From: Flavobacteriaceae bacterium
GTDB taxonomy: Bacteria > Bacteroidota > Bacteroidia > Flavobacteriales > Flavobacteriaceae
Assembly (NCBI GenBank): GCA_013373385.1
Contig: JABXHX010000021.1
Coordinates: forward strand, 9,499-73,498
Length of the DNA: 64,000 nucleotides
Direction: 5' to 3'
The position numbers were made by a program, and so were the translations under genes. Of the stretch, positions 39,264 through 47,789 are shown piece by piece. How positions within the stretch are numbered: position 1 is the stretch's first letter; the number at the start of each line of letters is the position of its first letter. Under the pieces are notes generated by a model. The model was not told the origin of the DNA and did not search any database. It saw nothing but the letters and a program-made list of their open reading frames with translations.

Positions 39264-41357
39264 TTAAGATAAAGGGATATCAATTGAAATCATAGTCCCA
39301 ATATTAATTGTTGAGTCGATTAAAAAATTTCCGTTAAGAGCATCAACCCTTGATTTTACATTTATAATTCCAATACCAGTGTCCTCTTCCTTTGATAAAT
39401 TAAATCCGACACCATCATCTTCAATAATAATATTGAGTATTCCCTTGTCTTTAATTAACTGTATCGTAATCTCTTTTGCTTTAGCATGTTTAAGCACATT
39501 ACTAACTAGCTCTTGTACAATACGATACACGCCTAACTCTATATCATTACCAAGTCTATTATCAACCCCATAAGTAATTAAGACAACAGATATTTGCTTA
39601 CTTTTTTCTAAAGTATCTTTAAGGTTTTCAAGAGCAGTAACTAAACCAAACTTTGTAAGAAGTCCAGACCCTAGATCATGAGAAATCTTTCGAACCTCAC
39701 TACAAGCATCATCAAGTAATTCATTTGCTTTTTGATATTGTGTTATATTTTCTTTCTTAAGATTTTCAACACTTTCTTCGACGGATTTAAAGTACATTTT
39801 TACTGTTGATAAAATACTTCCTATTCGATCATGTAAATCCTCTGAAATCCTCTTTCTCTCTTTTTCTTGTAAATCAAGCATATTATTAATCGCATTAATT
39901 TCTTGGCTTTTTAAAAAACTATCTATCTCTTGTTGTTTAATTTTTATTTGATTATCTCTAAGTTTAATTTTTTCTTTTTGAGACCTATTCCTTAAAGCTA
40001 AATAAGACAAAATCATAACTAATAATAATCCTATAGCTAGACTAATAATAACTGTTTTTTTTCGTTGATTATCTGCTTTGAATTTTTCAAGGTTTATTTT
40101 AGTAATCTCTTGAGTATTTTTAATTTCTTTATATCTAGCATTTGTCTGTACGGCCTCTTTATATTGCTTTTCTATTTTGTTTTTAAGAATGATATACTTA
40201 TTACTATAATTTAACGCTGTTTTGTATTCTTTTAACGAAGTATGGCAGAGAGATAAGTCATTAAGTATTTTTAACTGACTTATTACATATCCTGATTTTT
40301 TTGATATCTCAAGAGCTTTATTATAGAACTTAACTGATTGCAAATAATTAGATTTTAAATAATAAATATCTGCCATATTCATAGTTGTCGATAAGGTAGT
40401 TTGAATATTTGCTTTAACTAGATTACTCTTTTGGTAATATAAAAGAGCTAAGTCTAGATTTCCTTTTTGATGGTATAATGCCCCTATATTATTTAAAATT
40501 CGAGTATCTTTACTTTCTATCCCTAGCTCTTTTTTTAACTTTTGAGCTTTCTCGTAATAAAAAAGAGACCTATTAAATTTTTCCAGTTCATAAAAACATA
40601 TTCCAAAATTATTATAAACTTTCACTAATTCATATTTGTCATTATAGGTTAAAAAAATCCTTTCACTTTCATTAAGGTGCTCAATACTTTTATTATAGTC
40701 TTCAAGCTTAATATATAATGTTGAAAGACCTAACAATGTAAATGCTAATCCTTTATTATTTTTTAACTGCTTTCTGATATCAAGACTTAAATGATAACTT
40801 TTAGCAGATAATTCATAGAGTCCAAGTTCAGAATAAATAAATCCTAAGTTGCTTGAGACTAAAGCAACTATATTTTCTTTTTTTAATTCTTTAAAATTCT
40901 TAAATGACTTTTTAGTATAGTCTAAGGCTAAATTCAAATTGCCAATATTTTTATATATCTCTCCTAGCTGATTTTGTGCTCTACCAATTCCATATTGATT
41001 ATTAATTCTTTTTTCCCTTTCTAAAACCTCTAAATAAATTTTCTCAGACTTTTTAAATTCTTTTTGATAAATATAAATAGCTCCTAATCTATTTAAGCCT
41101 GTTGTTTTTCCCTTATAAAAAGAAAGAGAATCACTTATTTTTATTGCTCTAGAAGCATACTCAATTGCTAATGAAAAATTTGTTTTATTATATTCCCATG
41201 CTAAATCATTAAGAATATTTACAGTAGAAGTATCAATTATTTTTTCTTTTCTTAATTTATCTTCAAGATTATTAATAGTAGAAATGTTTTGCCCATAGCA
41301 ACTACTAATGGCTATTAACAACCTAGTTAAAAACAAAAAAAGATAATGTTTTTTCAT
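39264..41357 (-). CDS. TPR-repeat sensor histidine kinase (HisKA_3 type)
   Basis: Signal-like N-terminus, many TPR repeats, one TM helix, ERKRISEDLHD, QELVSNVLKHA, DDGVGF, GIGI. Confidence 0.92.
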   Translation of the reverse strand: MKKHYLFLFLTRLLIAISSCYGQNISTINNLEDKLRKEKIIDTSTVNILNDLAWEYNKTNFSLAIEYASRAIKISDSLSFYKGKTTGLNRLGAIYIYQKEFKKSEKIYLEVLEREKRINNQYGIGRAQNQLGEIYKNIGNLNLALDYTKKSFKNFKELKKENIVALVSSNLGFIYSELGLYELSAKSYHLSLDIRKQLKNNKGLAFTLLGLSTLYIKLEDYNKSIEHLNESERIFLTYNDKYELVKVYNNFGICFYELEKFNRSLFYYEKAQKLKKELGIESKDTRILNNIGALYHQKGNLDLALLYYQKSNLVKANIQTTLSTTMNMADIYYLKSNYLQSVKFYNKALEISKKSGYVISQLKILNDLSLCHTSLKEYKTALNYSNKYIILKNKIEKQYKEAVQTNARYKEIKNTQEITKINLEKFKADNQRKKTVIISLAIGLLLVMILSYLALRNRSQKEKIKLRDNQIKIKQQEIDSFLKSQEINAINNMLDLQEKERKRISEDLHDRIGSILSTVKMYFKSVEESVENLKKENITQYQKANELLDDACSEVRKISHDLGSGLLTKFGLVTALENLKDTLEKSKQISVVLITYGVDNRLGNDIELGVYRIVQELVSNVLKHAKAKEITIQLIKDKGILNIIIEDDGVGFNLSKEEDTGIGIINVKSRVDALNGNFLIDSTINIGTMISIDIPLS

Positions 41358-41424
41358 AACAAAAAGAAAAGGCTTTACCTTTTAAAAATAGTAAAGCCAT
41401 TTAAGATAAGCAATTAAAATTTAA

Positions 41425-41586
41425 TTAATCTTCATCATCCTCTTCTCCAGGGCGAATGATTTCTCCTCCAGAGCTAGGAACTGTATTTGGTTTTTCTTTT
41501 GGTTTTTCTTCTGGAGTATCTTGATTTTCTTCTACATCCATAAACATTCTTTCTTTTTCAAACTGTTCATTGTAATTGTTATTCAT
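41425..41586 (-). CDS. Small acidic peptide, 53 aa, absent from the ORF track
   Basis: Hand translation: MNNNYNEQFEKERMFMDVEENQDTPEEKPKEKPNTVPSSGGEIIRPGEEDDED. A TAnnTTTG element lies 25 nt upstream. Confidence 0.6.
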   Translation of the reverse strand: MNNNYNEQFEKERMFMDVEENQDTPEEKPKEKPNTVPSSGGEIIRPGEEDDED

Positions 41587-41611
41587 AATATCTCTTTTTA
41601 ATTAATAACTC

Positions 41612-41619
41612 CAAAATTA
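41612..41619 (-). promoter_or_regulatory. Bacteroidota -7 element for the peptide/kinase/regulator unit
   Basis: Plus-strand CAAAATTA reads TAATTTTG on the minus strand. Confidence 0.45.
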
Positions 41620-41725
41620 ATGCTCTATCTAATAAAAAAAATCATCATAAAGTATTGTTTTCTTCTCATCATAAGTTGTAACTAAAATCATGTTTTATAA
41701 TTAAAAAACCCATCTCGTTTATATA

Positions 41726-41733
41726 TAGTTTTG
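41726..41733 (+). promoter_or_regulatory. Bacteroidota -7 element for the cupin/radical SAM operon
   Basis: TAGTTTTG matches TAnnTTTG, 46 nt before the cupin ATG. Confidence 0.4.
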
Positions 41734-41779
41734 AACTATCATCTTGATTTAGAATACAAAATCAAATAAAATACAATTT

Positions 41780-42160
41780 ATGAAATTATCATACTTTAAA
41801 GATCTTAAATGGATATCTTCTCCAGAACTAAACTGTTTTATTGGAGTTGAATCAAACTTACCTTCTAATGATAATGCAGATATTGTCTATGCAAAAATAG
41901 AAGGAAAACAAAAGTTAAAAAAGCATTTTCATATTAGACCAACAGATTCTGGTTACGAAAGTTTTTTCTTTTTTAATGGGGCCAACATTAAAGTTCATTT
42001 AAAAGAAAAAACAAACCATATCAAATCTTCATTGCCCTTTCATCTAACATTCTTTACAAAAGAAGAGCATGGTATTGAAAACTTGTCCGATAAAGAATTA
42101 GTTTTCGAAGTTTTATGCGCTCCTAAACATCAAGAAGGTGAAGAAATACTTACTGAATAA
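41780..42160 (+). CDS. Cupin-domain protein
   Basis: HFH...YE (motif 1) and FFTKEEHGIEN (motif 2) metal-binding pattern. Confidence 0.75.
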   Translation: MKLSYFKDLKWISSPELNCFIGVESNLPSNDNADIVYAKIEGKQKLKKHFHIRPTDSGYESFFFFNGANIKVHLKEKTNHIKSSLPFHLTFFTKEEHGIENLSDKELVFEVLCAPKHQEGEEILTE

Positions 42161-42168
42161 GCCTAAAA

Positions 42169-43044
42169 ATGAATAAAATTTATACCATAGACTGGAGAAT
42201 AACTGGGCTTTGCAATGAAAGATGTCCTTTTTGTTATGGTCCAGAAAAACATATTCATCCACCAATAGATATAATTAATAAAATAACTAGCGCCATCTGT
42301 AATAGTAACTTTAATGTTGTTCGATTTTCTGGAGGAGAGCCTCTTTTGATTTCTAATCTAAGCGAAGTCATTAAAAGACTTAATACTAAAAAAATAAAAG
42401 TTGTTTTATCTACTAATGGTTTTTCTTACTTAAAAAAGAAAAATGATTTTGAACCAAATATTAGCAAATTAAACCTTTCATTAGATGGGTACGATCAGAA
42501 AAGTCATAGTATAAATGGAAGAAGTAAAAAATCTTTTACAGACATTATTAATATTCTTGAATATTATAATTCTTTTTCAAAAAATCTTTTTTCAATAAAA
42601 ATAGGAACAATCATCACATCAAAAAATATATCAGTCAAATTTCTTTTAAAGATGTACTATTTTTTAAAACAGTACTCAATAATTGATAGGTGGAAGATTT
42701 ATCAATATGTCCCTGAAGGTCCCATCATAGATATGAACTTATCGGTTAATGATGATTCTTTTAATGAATTAGAATCCACTTTTTTTAAAGCCATTAAACC
42801 TTCTAGTGATAGAAATGATTTTACAATAAAGTTTAGCTCTATACTTCAAAGAACCCAAGCTTATCTCATAATTCAACCGTATGGAAAAGTTTTTATCCCA
42901 ATCCATAATGGTAATTATACTAAAGAAGTTTATCTCGGAAATATTTTGGAAGATAATATAACTACTATAATTAATAATTGGTTTAAAAAAGGAGGAGATA
43001 GAAAAAAACACCTAAACAATAATAGCATTTTAAATAATGAATAA
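42169..43044 (+). CDS. Radical SAM protein, viperin-like
   Basis: CNERCPFC (CxxxCxxC), FSGGEPLL, STNG, LSLDG, KIGTII..N, RWKIYQ, AYLIIQPYGKV; no SPASM cysteines. Confidence 0.88.
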   Translation: MNKIYTIDWRITGLCNERCPFCYGPEKHIHPPIDIINKITSAICNSNFNVVRFSGGEPLLISNLSEVIKRLNTKKIKVVLSTNGFSYLKKKNDFEPNISKLNLSLDGYDQKSHSINGRSKKSFTDIINILEYYNSFSKNLFSIKIGTIITSKNISVKFLLKMYYFLKQYSIIDRWKIYQYVPEGPIIDMNLSVNDDSFNELESTFFKAIKPSSDRNDFTIKFSSILQRTQAYLIIQPYGKVFIPIHNGNYTKEVYLGNILEDNITTIINNWFKKGGDRKKHLNNNSILNNE

Positions 43045-44032
43045 AATAATACTTGATAAAATAGATAAGAAAATTCTATTTGAAATAGATAGAAACCCAA
43101 CGATTACAATCGAAAGTTTAGCAAAAAAAACTAGCTCAACTATCGAAAATGTTTCTTTTAAAATTTCTAAACTCTTTAAAACAGGAATAATTAAGTATTC
43201 TATGCCTATAGTTAATCTAGATAAATTAGGGTTCAGTATTTTTCTTTTTCATATTAAAATAAGTGATATTAATAAATCAAAAATCATTATTGATGTTTTT
43301 ATAACCAATGAACATATTGCTTGGCTAGTTAAAACCTCTAAAAAAAATGTTTTATTGGGAGCATTATTTGCTAAAAGTGCTAATCAATGCAACGAAATTC
43401 TAATTTCAATAACACAATCTACCAACAACAATATCAAAGAAATCCAGACATCTTTAGTGTATGAAAAATATGTTCTTGGTCAACGATATTTAATAATTGA
43501 TGATAAAATAACAGATTTTATGTTTGATAATTCAAGAATAGCCTATGACGGAGTTGAAAGGGATTTTCTTACTGTAACTGAAAGAAACATACTGTTTAAT
43601 ATAAGAGAATTAAAATCAAATTCTTTAAATAATATAACTGAACACACAAACTATAATTTAACTCAGATTAATCAATTAATAAGAGATTTAAAACGTAGAG
43701 ATATAATTACAAAATTTCAACCTGTTTTTGACGTAAAGAAAATGAATTATAAATGGTTTTTAATTTCATTAAAAACAGTCTGGTTAACAAAAGAAATTAA
43801 AAACAAATTTATTCAATATCTCCATTCTATTACTAAAATTGTTCACATAAACTGTATGCTTGGCACCTGGGATATTAATTTTGAAATTCATGTTAAAAAC
43901 AAAAAAGAGACAGAAGATATTTTAACTGTTATAGAAGAAAAGTTTCCAAATTTAATAAGTCAAAAAGATGTACAAGAAATATTGGAAGAGTATAAATTCA
44001 ATTTTTTAATTGACTGTGTTTTAAAATCTTAA
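43037..44032 (+). CDS. Tandem Lrp/AsnC-type regulator (two wHTH + RAM repeats)
   Basis: LDKIDKKIL...KL.KTGII...VNLDKLG and LTVTERNIL...L.RRDII..F.PVFDVKKM...MLGTWD repeats. Confidence 0.78.
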   Translation: MNKIILDKIDKKILFEIDRNPTITIESLAKKTSSTIENVSFKISKLFKTGIIKYSMPIVNLDKLGFSIFLFHIKISDINKSKIIIDVFITNEHIAWLVKTSKKNVLLGALFAKSANQCNEILISITQSTNNNIKEIQTSLVYEKYVLGQRYLIIDDKITDFMFDNSRIAYDGVERDFLTVTERNILFNIRELKSNSLNNITEHTNYNLTQINQLIRDLKRRDIITKFQPVFDVKKMNYKWFLISLKTVWLTKEIKNKFIQYLHSITKIVHINCMLGTWDINFEIHVKNKKETEDILTVIEEKFPNLISQKDVQEILEEYKFNFLIDCVLKS

Positions 44033-44034
44033 TT

Positions 44035-44478
44035 ATGAATCTCTTAATTCATTCTAGCTTAGACCACAAAGATAAATTACTTGACTGTGCCAATAAATTT
44101 AAAAACATTGGTTTATCAATCATATTCCCAGAATTAAAAAGATTTCAACATATTAGGGACAAACAGAATAATCAATTATTATTCAACAAAATAAAAAACA
44201 AATTATCTATTGAAAATATAAAAAATGTAGAAAAATGTGATTATCTACTTATCGTAAATCCTAATCATAGAGGTATCGAAAATTATATCGGAGGGAATTC
44301 CTTTTTAGAAATGGTTGTTGCTTTTTATTTAAAAAAACCTATTTTCTTGACTAATCCGATACCTGAAAATTTACCATACACAGAAGAGATAAAATCTTTC
44401 TTTCCTTTAGTAATTTGTTTGAAAAATATAACTAAAAAATCATGGGAAAATTATGTCAAAACCGCGTATATTCGTTAG
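44035..44478 (+). CDS. Nucleoside 2-deoxyribosyltransferase (NDT)-like Rossmannoid protein
   Basis: IKNVEKCDYLLIVN, YIGGNSFLEM (conserved Glu helix) and AFYLKKPIFL resemble NDT/nucleotide N-glycosidase folds. Confidence 0.55.
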   Translation: MNLLIHSSLDHKDKLLDCANKFKNIGLSIIFPELKRFQHIRDKQNNQLLFNKIKNKLSIENIKNVEKCDYLLIVNPNHRGIENYIGGNSFLEMVVAFYLKKPIFLTNPIPENLPYTEEIKSFFPLVICLKNITKKSWENYVKTAYIR

Positions 44479-45391
44479 TTCAACATATTATGACTTAAAG
44501 TTTATAAGAGGTACTTTAGAAACCTTTATAAATGAGTATGGCTTTGAACCAGTTCTTTTTGAAAAAGGGCATGTAACCTACAATAATGATTTTTCAATAG
44601 AATATTCTTCCTACAAAGAAGTCACAAAATCTGATATATTGATATTTGTTATTGGTGGTTCTTATGGAACAAAAGCAAATAAAAAAAATGAAATAGATTT
44701 CAACACATATAATTCTATTTCAAAAGAAGAGTATAAGGTCGCATTAGAAAACAATATCCCTACTTATACTTTTATTCTCGCAGAGATAGTAAATGAATAT
44801 GAAATTTTTAAACTTAATAGGAATAAAGATATTACATATTCAACTACAAAAACAATTGAAATTTTTAAGCTTCTAGACTTTATTTATGGTTTAAATGAAA
44901 ACAATGTTGTAACTCCTTTTAATAGTATTTATGATATTTTAAATTTTTTAAAAGTGCAATGGGCTGGATTATTTCATGAGTTTTTAATAAATAAAAAAGA
45001 GCAATTAAATATAAACAATATAAAGAATGCTATTAATGAATTAAAAGATATTGCATCTCGGTTAGAAAAATATAATGAAAAGATAATTCTACAAATAGAT
45101 GCCAAATCAGCCAAGGAATTACTTCAAGAAAAACAAGAACTATTACAAAGAAAAGAATTAGAAAAATCTTTTAATCAATTTTGCGATACAACTTTTGGTA
45201 AGTTTATACTTAAATATTTTGACTTTGACAACGACCAACAATGGGTTGACATGATAATAAAAAGTGAAAATCTTATCTCTTTTTTGAAAGCTTGTAAGGT
45301 ACCTCAAAAACAAATCAGCTATATAGTACAAAATGATTCTTCTGAAAATGAATTTTTAAATGTCAAAAAAATAATAGAAGGATTTATTTAG
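44453..45391 (+). CDS. DUF4062 domain protein (TIR/NDT-like fold) with a C-terminal coiled coil
   Basis: RIFVSSTYYDL..IR, EV.KSDILIFVIGGSYG, SISKEEY..A; predicted coiled coil around INNIKNAINELKDIASRLEK. Confidence 0.85.
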   Translation: MSKPRIFVSSTYYDLKFIRGTLETFINEYGFEPVLFEKGHVTYNNDFSIEYSSYKEVTKSDILIFVIGGSYGTKANKKNEIDFNTYNSISKEEYKVALENNIPTYTFILAEIVNEYEIFKLNRNKDITYSTTKTIEIFKLLDFIYGLNENNVVTPFNSIYDILNFLKVQWAGLFHEFLINKKEQLNINNIKNAINELKDIASRLEKYNEKIILQIDAKSAKELLQEKQELLQRKELEKSFNQFCDTTFGKFILKYFDFDNDQQWVDMIIKSENLISFLKACKVPQKQISYIVQNDSSENEFLNVKKIIEGFI

Positions 45392-45474
45392 TAGATAATA
45401 TCTTTTAAATATTTAATTATAAAATGTAGTAAAGTACTTAGAATTATAGGTCCTTTCTATGTCATTTTGAAGAT

Positions 45475-45501
45475 AAAACCGTAGAATTTATCTACGGTTT
45501 T
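45475..45501. terminator. Hairpin between convergent genes (probable bidirectional terminator)
   Basis: AAAACCGTAGA-ATTTA-TCTACGGTTTT, a perfect 11-bp stem. Confidence 0.6.
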
Positions 45502-45525
45502 GTTACTTTGCTAAATATTTTTATG

Positions 45526-46008
45526 CTATTTACTTGAAATAATACTACCATTTAAAGAAATAATATCCCCACGAGATGATTTTAAATCACTCCCTTTCTT
45601 ACGCAGTAAACGTTGTGTATTAAACAGTGAACGACATTTAATGTTGAACTCTGTATAATTCACAGCATCTTCTTTACTTTTCAATGATGCTACATAAGCC
45701 TCATAGAGTTTAGCATTGCTCAGTTGGTTACCTTTTACTTTCAGAATGATATCAAGTGCAATTGAAGCAATAGCGTTCAATCCTTGTTGTGTTGAGAAGT
45801 TAAAACCAAGGTCTTTAATCTTTTTCTGTTGTTGGTCATCAGCATACTTCAGTAATACAGAAATATCCTTATGATAAGCTCTTAAGCGTTCAGCAATAAC
45901 ACGTTTTTCTTCTTTTGCCTTTTCAATCTGTTCTTCTGATTGTTTAAGTAGCTCTTGATCTGTTTTGATGTTTTCAATTAATACATCAACAATACTTGCA
46001 TTGTTCAT
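45526..46008 (-). CDS. Hypothetical protein with an N-terminal coiled coil
   Basis: 160-aa ORF with a heptad-rich N-terminal half. Confidence 0.75.
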   Translation of the reverse strand: MNNASIVDVLIENIKTDQELLKQSEEQIEKAKEEKRVIAERLRAYHKDISVLLKYADDQQQKKIKDLGFNFSTQQGLNAIASIALDIILKVKGNQLSNAKLYEAYVASLKSKEDAVNYTEFNIKCRSLFNTQRLLRKKGSDLKSSRGDIISLNGSIISSK

Positions 46009-46038
46009 AATTTTAAGTTTTATATTAATATTTAGTTT

Positions 46039-46635
46039 TTAGGTAATCTTCCACAGTGAGTGAATGACAAAATTTGATGCGCTTTGTTTAGATTCTATAC
46101 AAATACGTTCTAGCTCCTGCTCTGCTTCTTGTTTAGTGTCAAAGAAAAATGATGGTTGTGTTGTTACTGCATACTTATCCTCATCTGTTACATCAGAGGT
46201 AAATATGGCAAAGACTCGTTTAGTTTTTCCATGTTTAAACAATATAGAATAATAGTTACTTACATCATACTCATCCCACTGCTCAACGGGTTTATCTCTC
46301 AAATAATGAGGGTCAATTTGTATCTCATCAAAGAAATAATGTACTTCTTCTTGACCTAGTTTAGGCACGGCACTGATATTACTTTTCCACTTCTCAATGG
46401 TATAGGAAAGGACACAAGCATCATCACCAATTAATTCAAGCAACTCTACTTCTGTCTTTTCAGCTAACATACTGTTATCATAATCAGTGTAGAGCCATAG
46501 AACGATATCAACCAATTCTTTTCTTGAAAACAGTTGTAGAAATACAGAATTGATTTCTGTCACTTTTCTATTTTCAAGTTGTTGCTTTAACATTTCTAAA
46601 AAGTAAAGCAGCAATTTTCGTTCTCTAATTGTCAT
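46039..46635 (-). CDS. Hypothetical acidic protein
   Basis: Likely start MTIRE at 46635, overlapping the end of the upstream gene. Confidence 0.7.
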   Translation of the reverse strand: MTIRERKLLLYFLEMLKQQLENRKVTEINSVFLQLFSRKELVDIVLWLYTDYDNSMLAEKTEVELLELIGDDACVLSYTIEKWKSNISAVPKLGQEEVHYFFDEIQIDPHYLRDKPVEQWDEYDVSNYYSILFKHGKTKRVFAIFTSDVTDEDKYAVTTQPSFFFDTKQEAEQELERICIESKQSASNFVIHSLWKIT

Positions 46636-46846
46636 GACTATCGTCTTTAGCTTCACAGTGGTTGCTAATGGTTGCTAATAGGTGATTATAATCACCACTT
46701 TTTGCTTCAGCAATCACGGTGTCAATCTCTTTGTTAGTCCAGCCTTCTTTTTTGGCTTGCCATTTGAATATGCCCATAATCATAAAGGCATTTCCATCTA
46801 CGCCAACCAAGTTTAGGTTGACGGTTTTGTCAATTACTTTTTTCAT
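46625..46846 (-). CDS. Small hypothetical protein of a type seen on mobile elements
   Basis: LVGVDGNAF.IMG...A..EGW...EI..V..EAKSGDY.HLLAT; sits in an operon with the methylase. Confidence 0.7.
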   Translation of the reverse strand: MKKVIDKTVNLNLVGVDGNAFMIMGIFKWQAKKEGWTNKEIDTVIAEAKSGDYNHLLATISNHCEAKDDSHDN

Positions 46847-46872
46847 TGATATTAAGTTTTAAGGTTTATATA

Positions 46873-47661
46873 TTAGATAGGATAGTTAGCAGTCAATACT
46901 TCAGTCTTTACTTTTCGCCTTACCCCTGCTACTGCTTTTGAAGCAGAAATTATTTTGGTAACTGTCTTAGTGTACCAACCATTCTTTTTTATATACTGAT
47001 CAAGAATTTCTGATGGATAAGAACTCAAGAGAAATTTTCCTTGTACACGGGATAACGTTTCAAGTAATCGTGTGTAATCTTCTTTTGTGTATCCACTATA
47101 ATGTCCCATATTTGAATTGAAATACGGAGGATCAACATAATGAAAAGCATCAACGGTATTTCGATTTGCAATTACCTTACAGGCATCATTATTTTCAATT
47201 TGTACTCCTTTAAGGCGTTTTGCAATAGATTCATCAAAAATGAGTTTTCTGTTCCAAAATGATTTTACTCGTTTATTATACTTATCATACCCCCATGAGC
47301 CTATCTGACATGAAAAGCCCATGTTGGTAGCAATGTAGAATGCCCATGCCTGTTGTAGTTTACTAAACAAGTGTGGCATTTTGTAAATACTCATTGCGAC
47401 ATTGTATGCTACACGAGAGAATAAGGTTGCTTCAACTTTTGATTTAAGCTTATCAAAATCTGTCTGCACTACTTCGTAAAAATTTACTACCATATTATTG
47501 ATATCATTAATCGTTTCTGCTTTTGATTTTTCCTTTGCAAAGAATATTGCTCCTCCGCCAAAAAAGGCTTCAGTATATATTTTGTGTGGTGGAATGAGCG
47601 GAAGAATGGTTGGAATCATATTAATTTTTCCGCCATAGTATGATATGGGAGTTTTAGGCAT
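46873..47661 (-). CDS. Orphan DNA adenine methyltransferase (Dam/D12 class)
   Basis: YYGGK, EAFFGGGA (motif I), INDIN, YVDPPY (motif IV), KFLLSSY, EVLTANY; no adjacent endonuclease. Confidence 0.92.
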   Translation of the reverse strand: MPKTPISYYGGKINMIPTILPLIPPHKIYTEAFFGGGAIFFAKEKSKAETINDINNMVVNFYEVVQTDFDKLKSKVEATLFSRVAYNVAMSIYKMPHLFSKLQQAWAFYIATNMGFSCQIGSWGYDKYNKRVKSFWNRKLIFDESIAKRLKGVQIENNDACKVIANRNTVDAFHYVDPPYFNSNMGHYSGYTKEDYTRLLETLSRVQGKFLLSSYPSEILDQYIKKNGWYTKTVTKIISASKAVAGVRRKVKTEVLTANYPI

Positions 47662-47789
47662 GATCGTGTTAATTACGGTTAATAAGAGTAAAAGTAGAGA
47701 CAGACAGTTGTTCCTTTTCTAGCTATGTGACAAGAGGTATATCCGTTAGGACATTAATTCAATCTTGTACGATGAAATTTCTCAACGTA

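Noticed and set aside
38687-39295. 202-aa plus-strand ORF
   Set aside because: Antisense shadow of the well-supported NarL response regulator; no recognisable motifs.
41425-43044. Idea that the 53-aa peptide is a RiPP precursor for the radical SAM enzyme
   Set aside because: They are divergently transcribed, the enzyme lacks SPASM/RRE features and looks viperin-like, and the peptide has no Cys or Trp core.
47660-47760. Cys-containing minus-strand frame (CPNGYTSCHIARKGTTVCLYFYSY) upstream of the methylase
   Set aside because: Preceded directly by an in-frame stop with no start codon.
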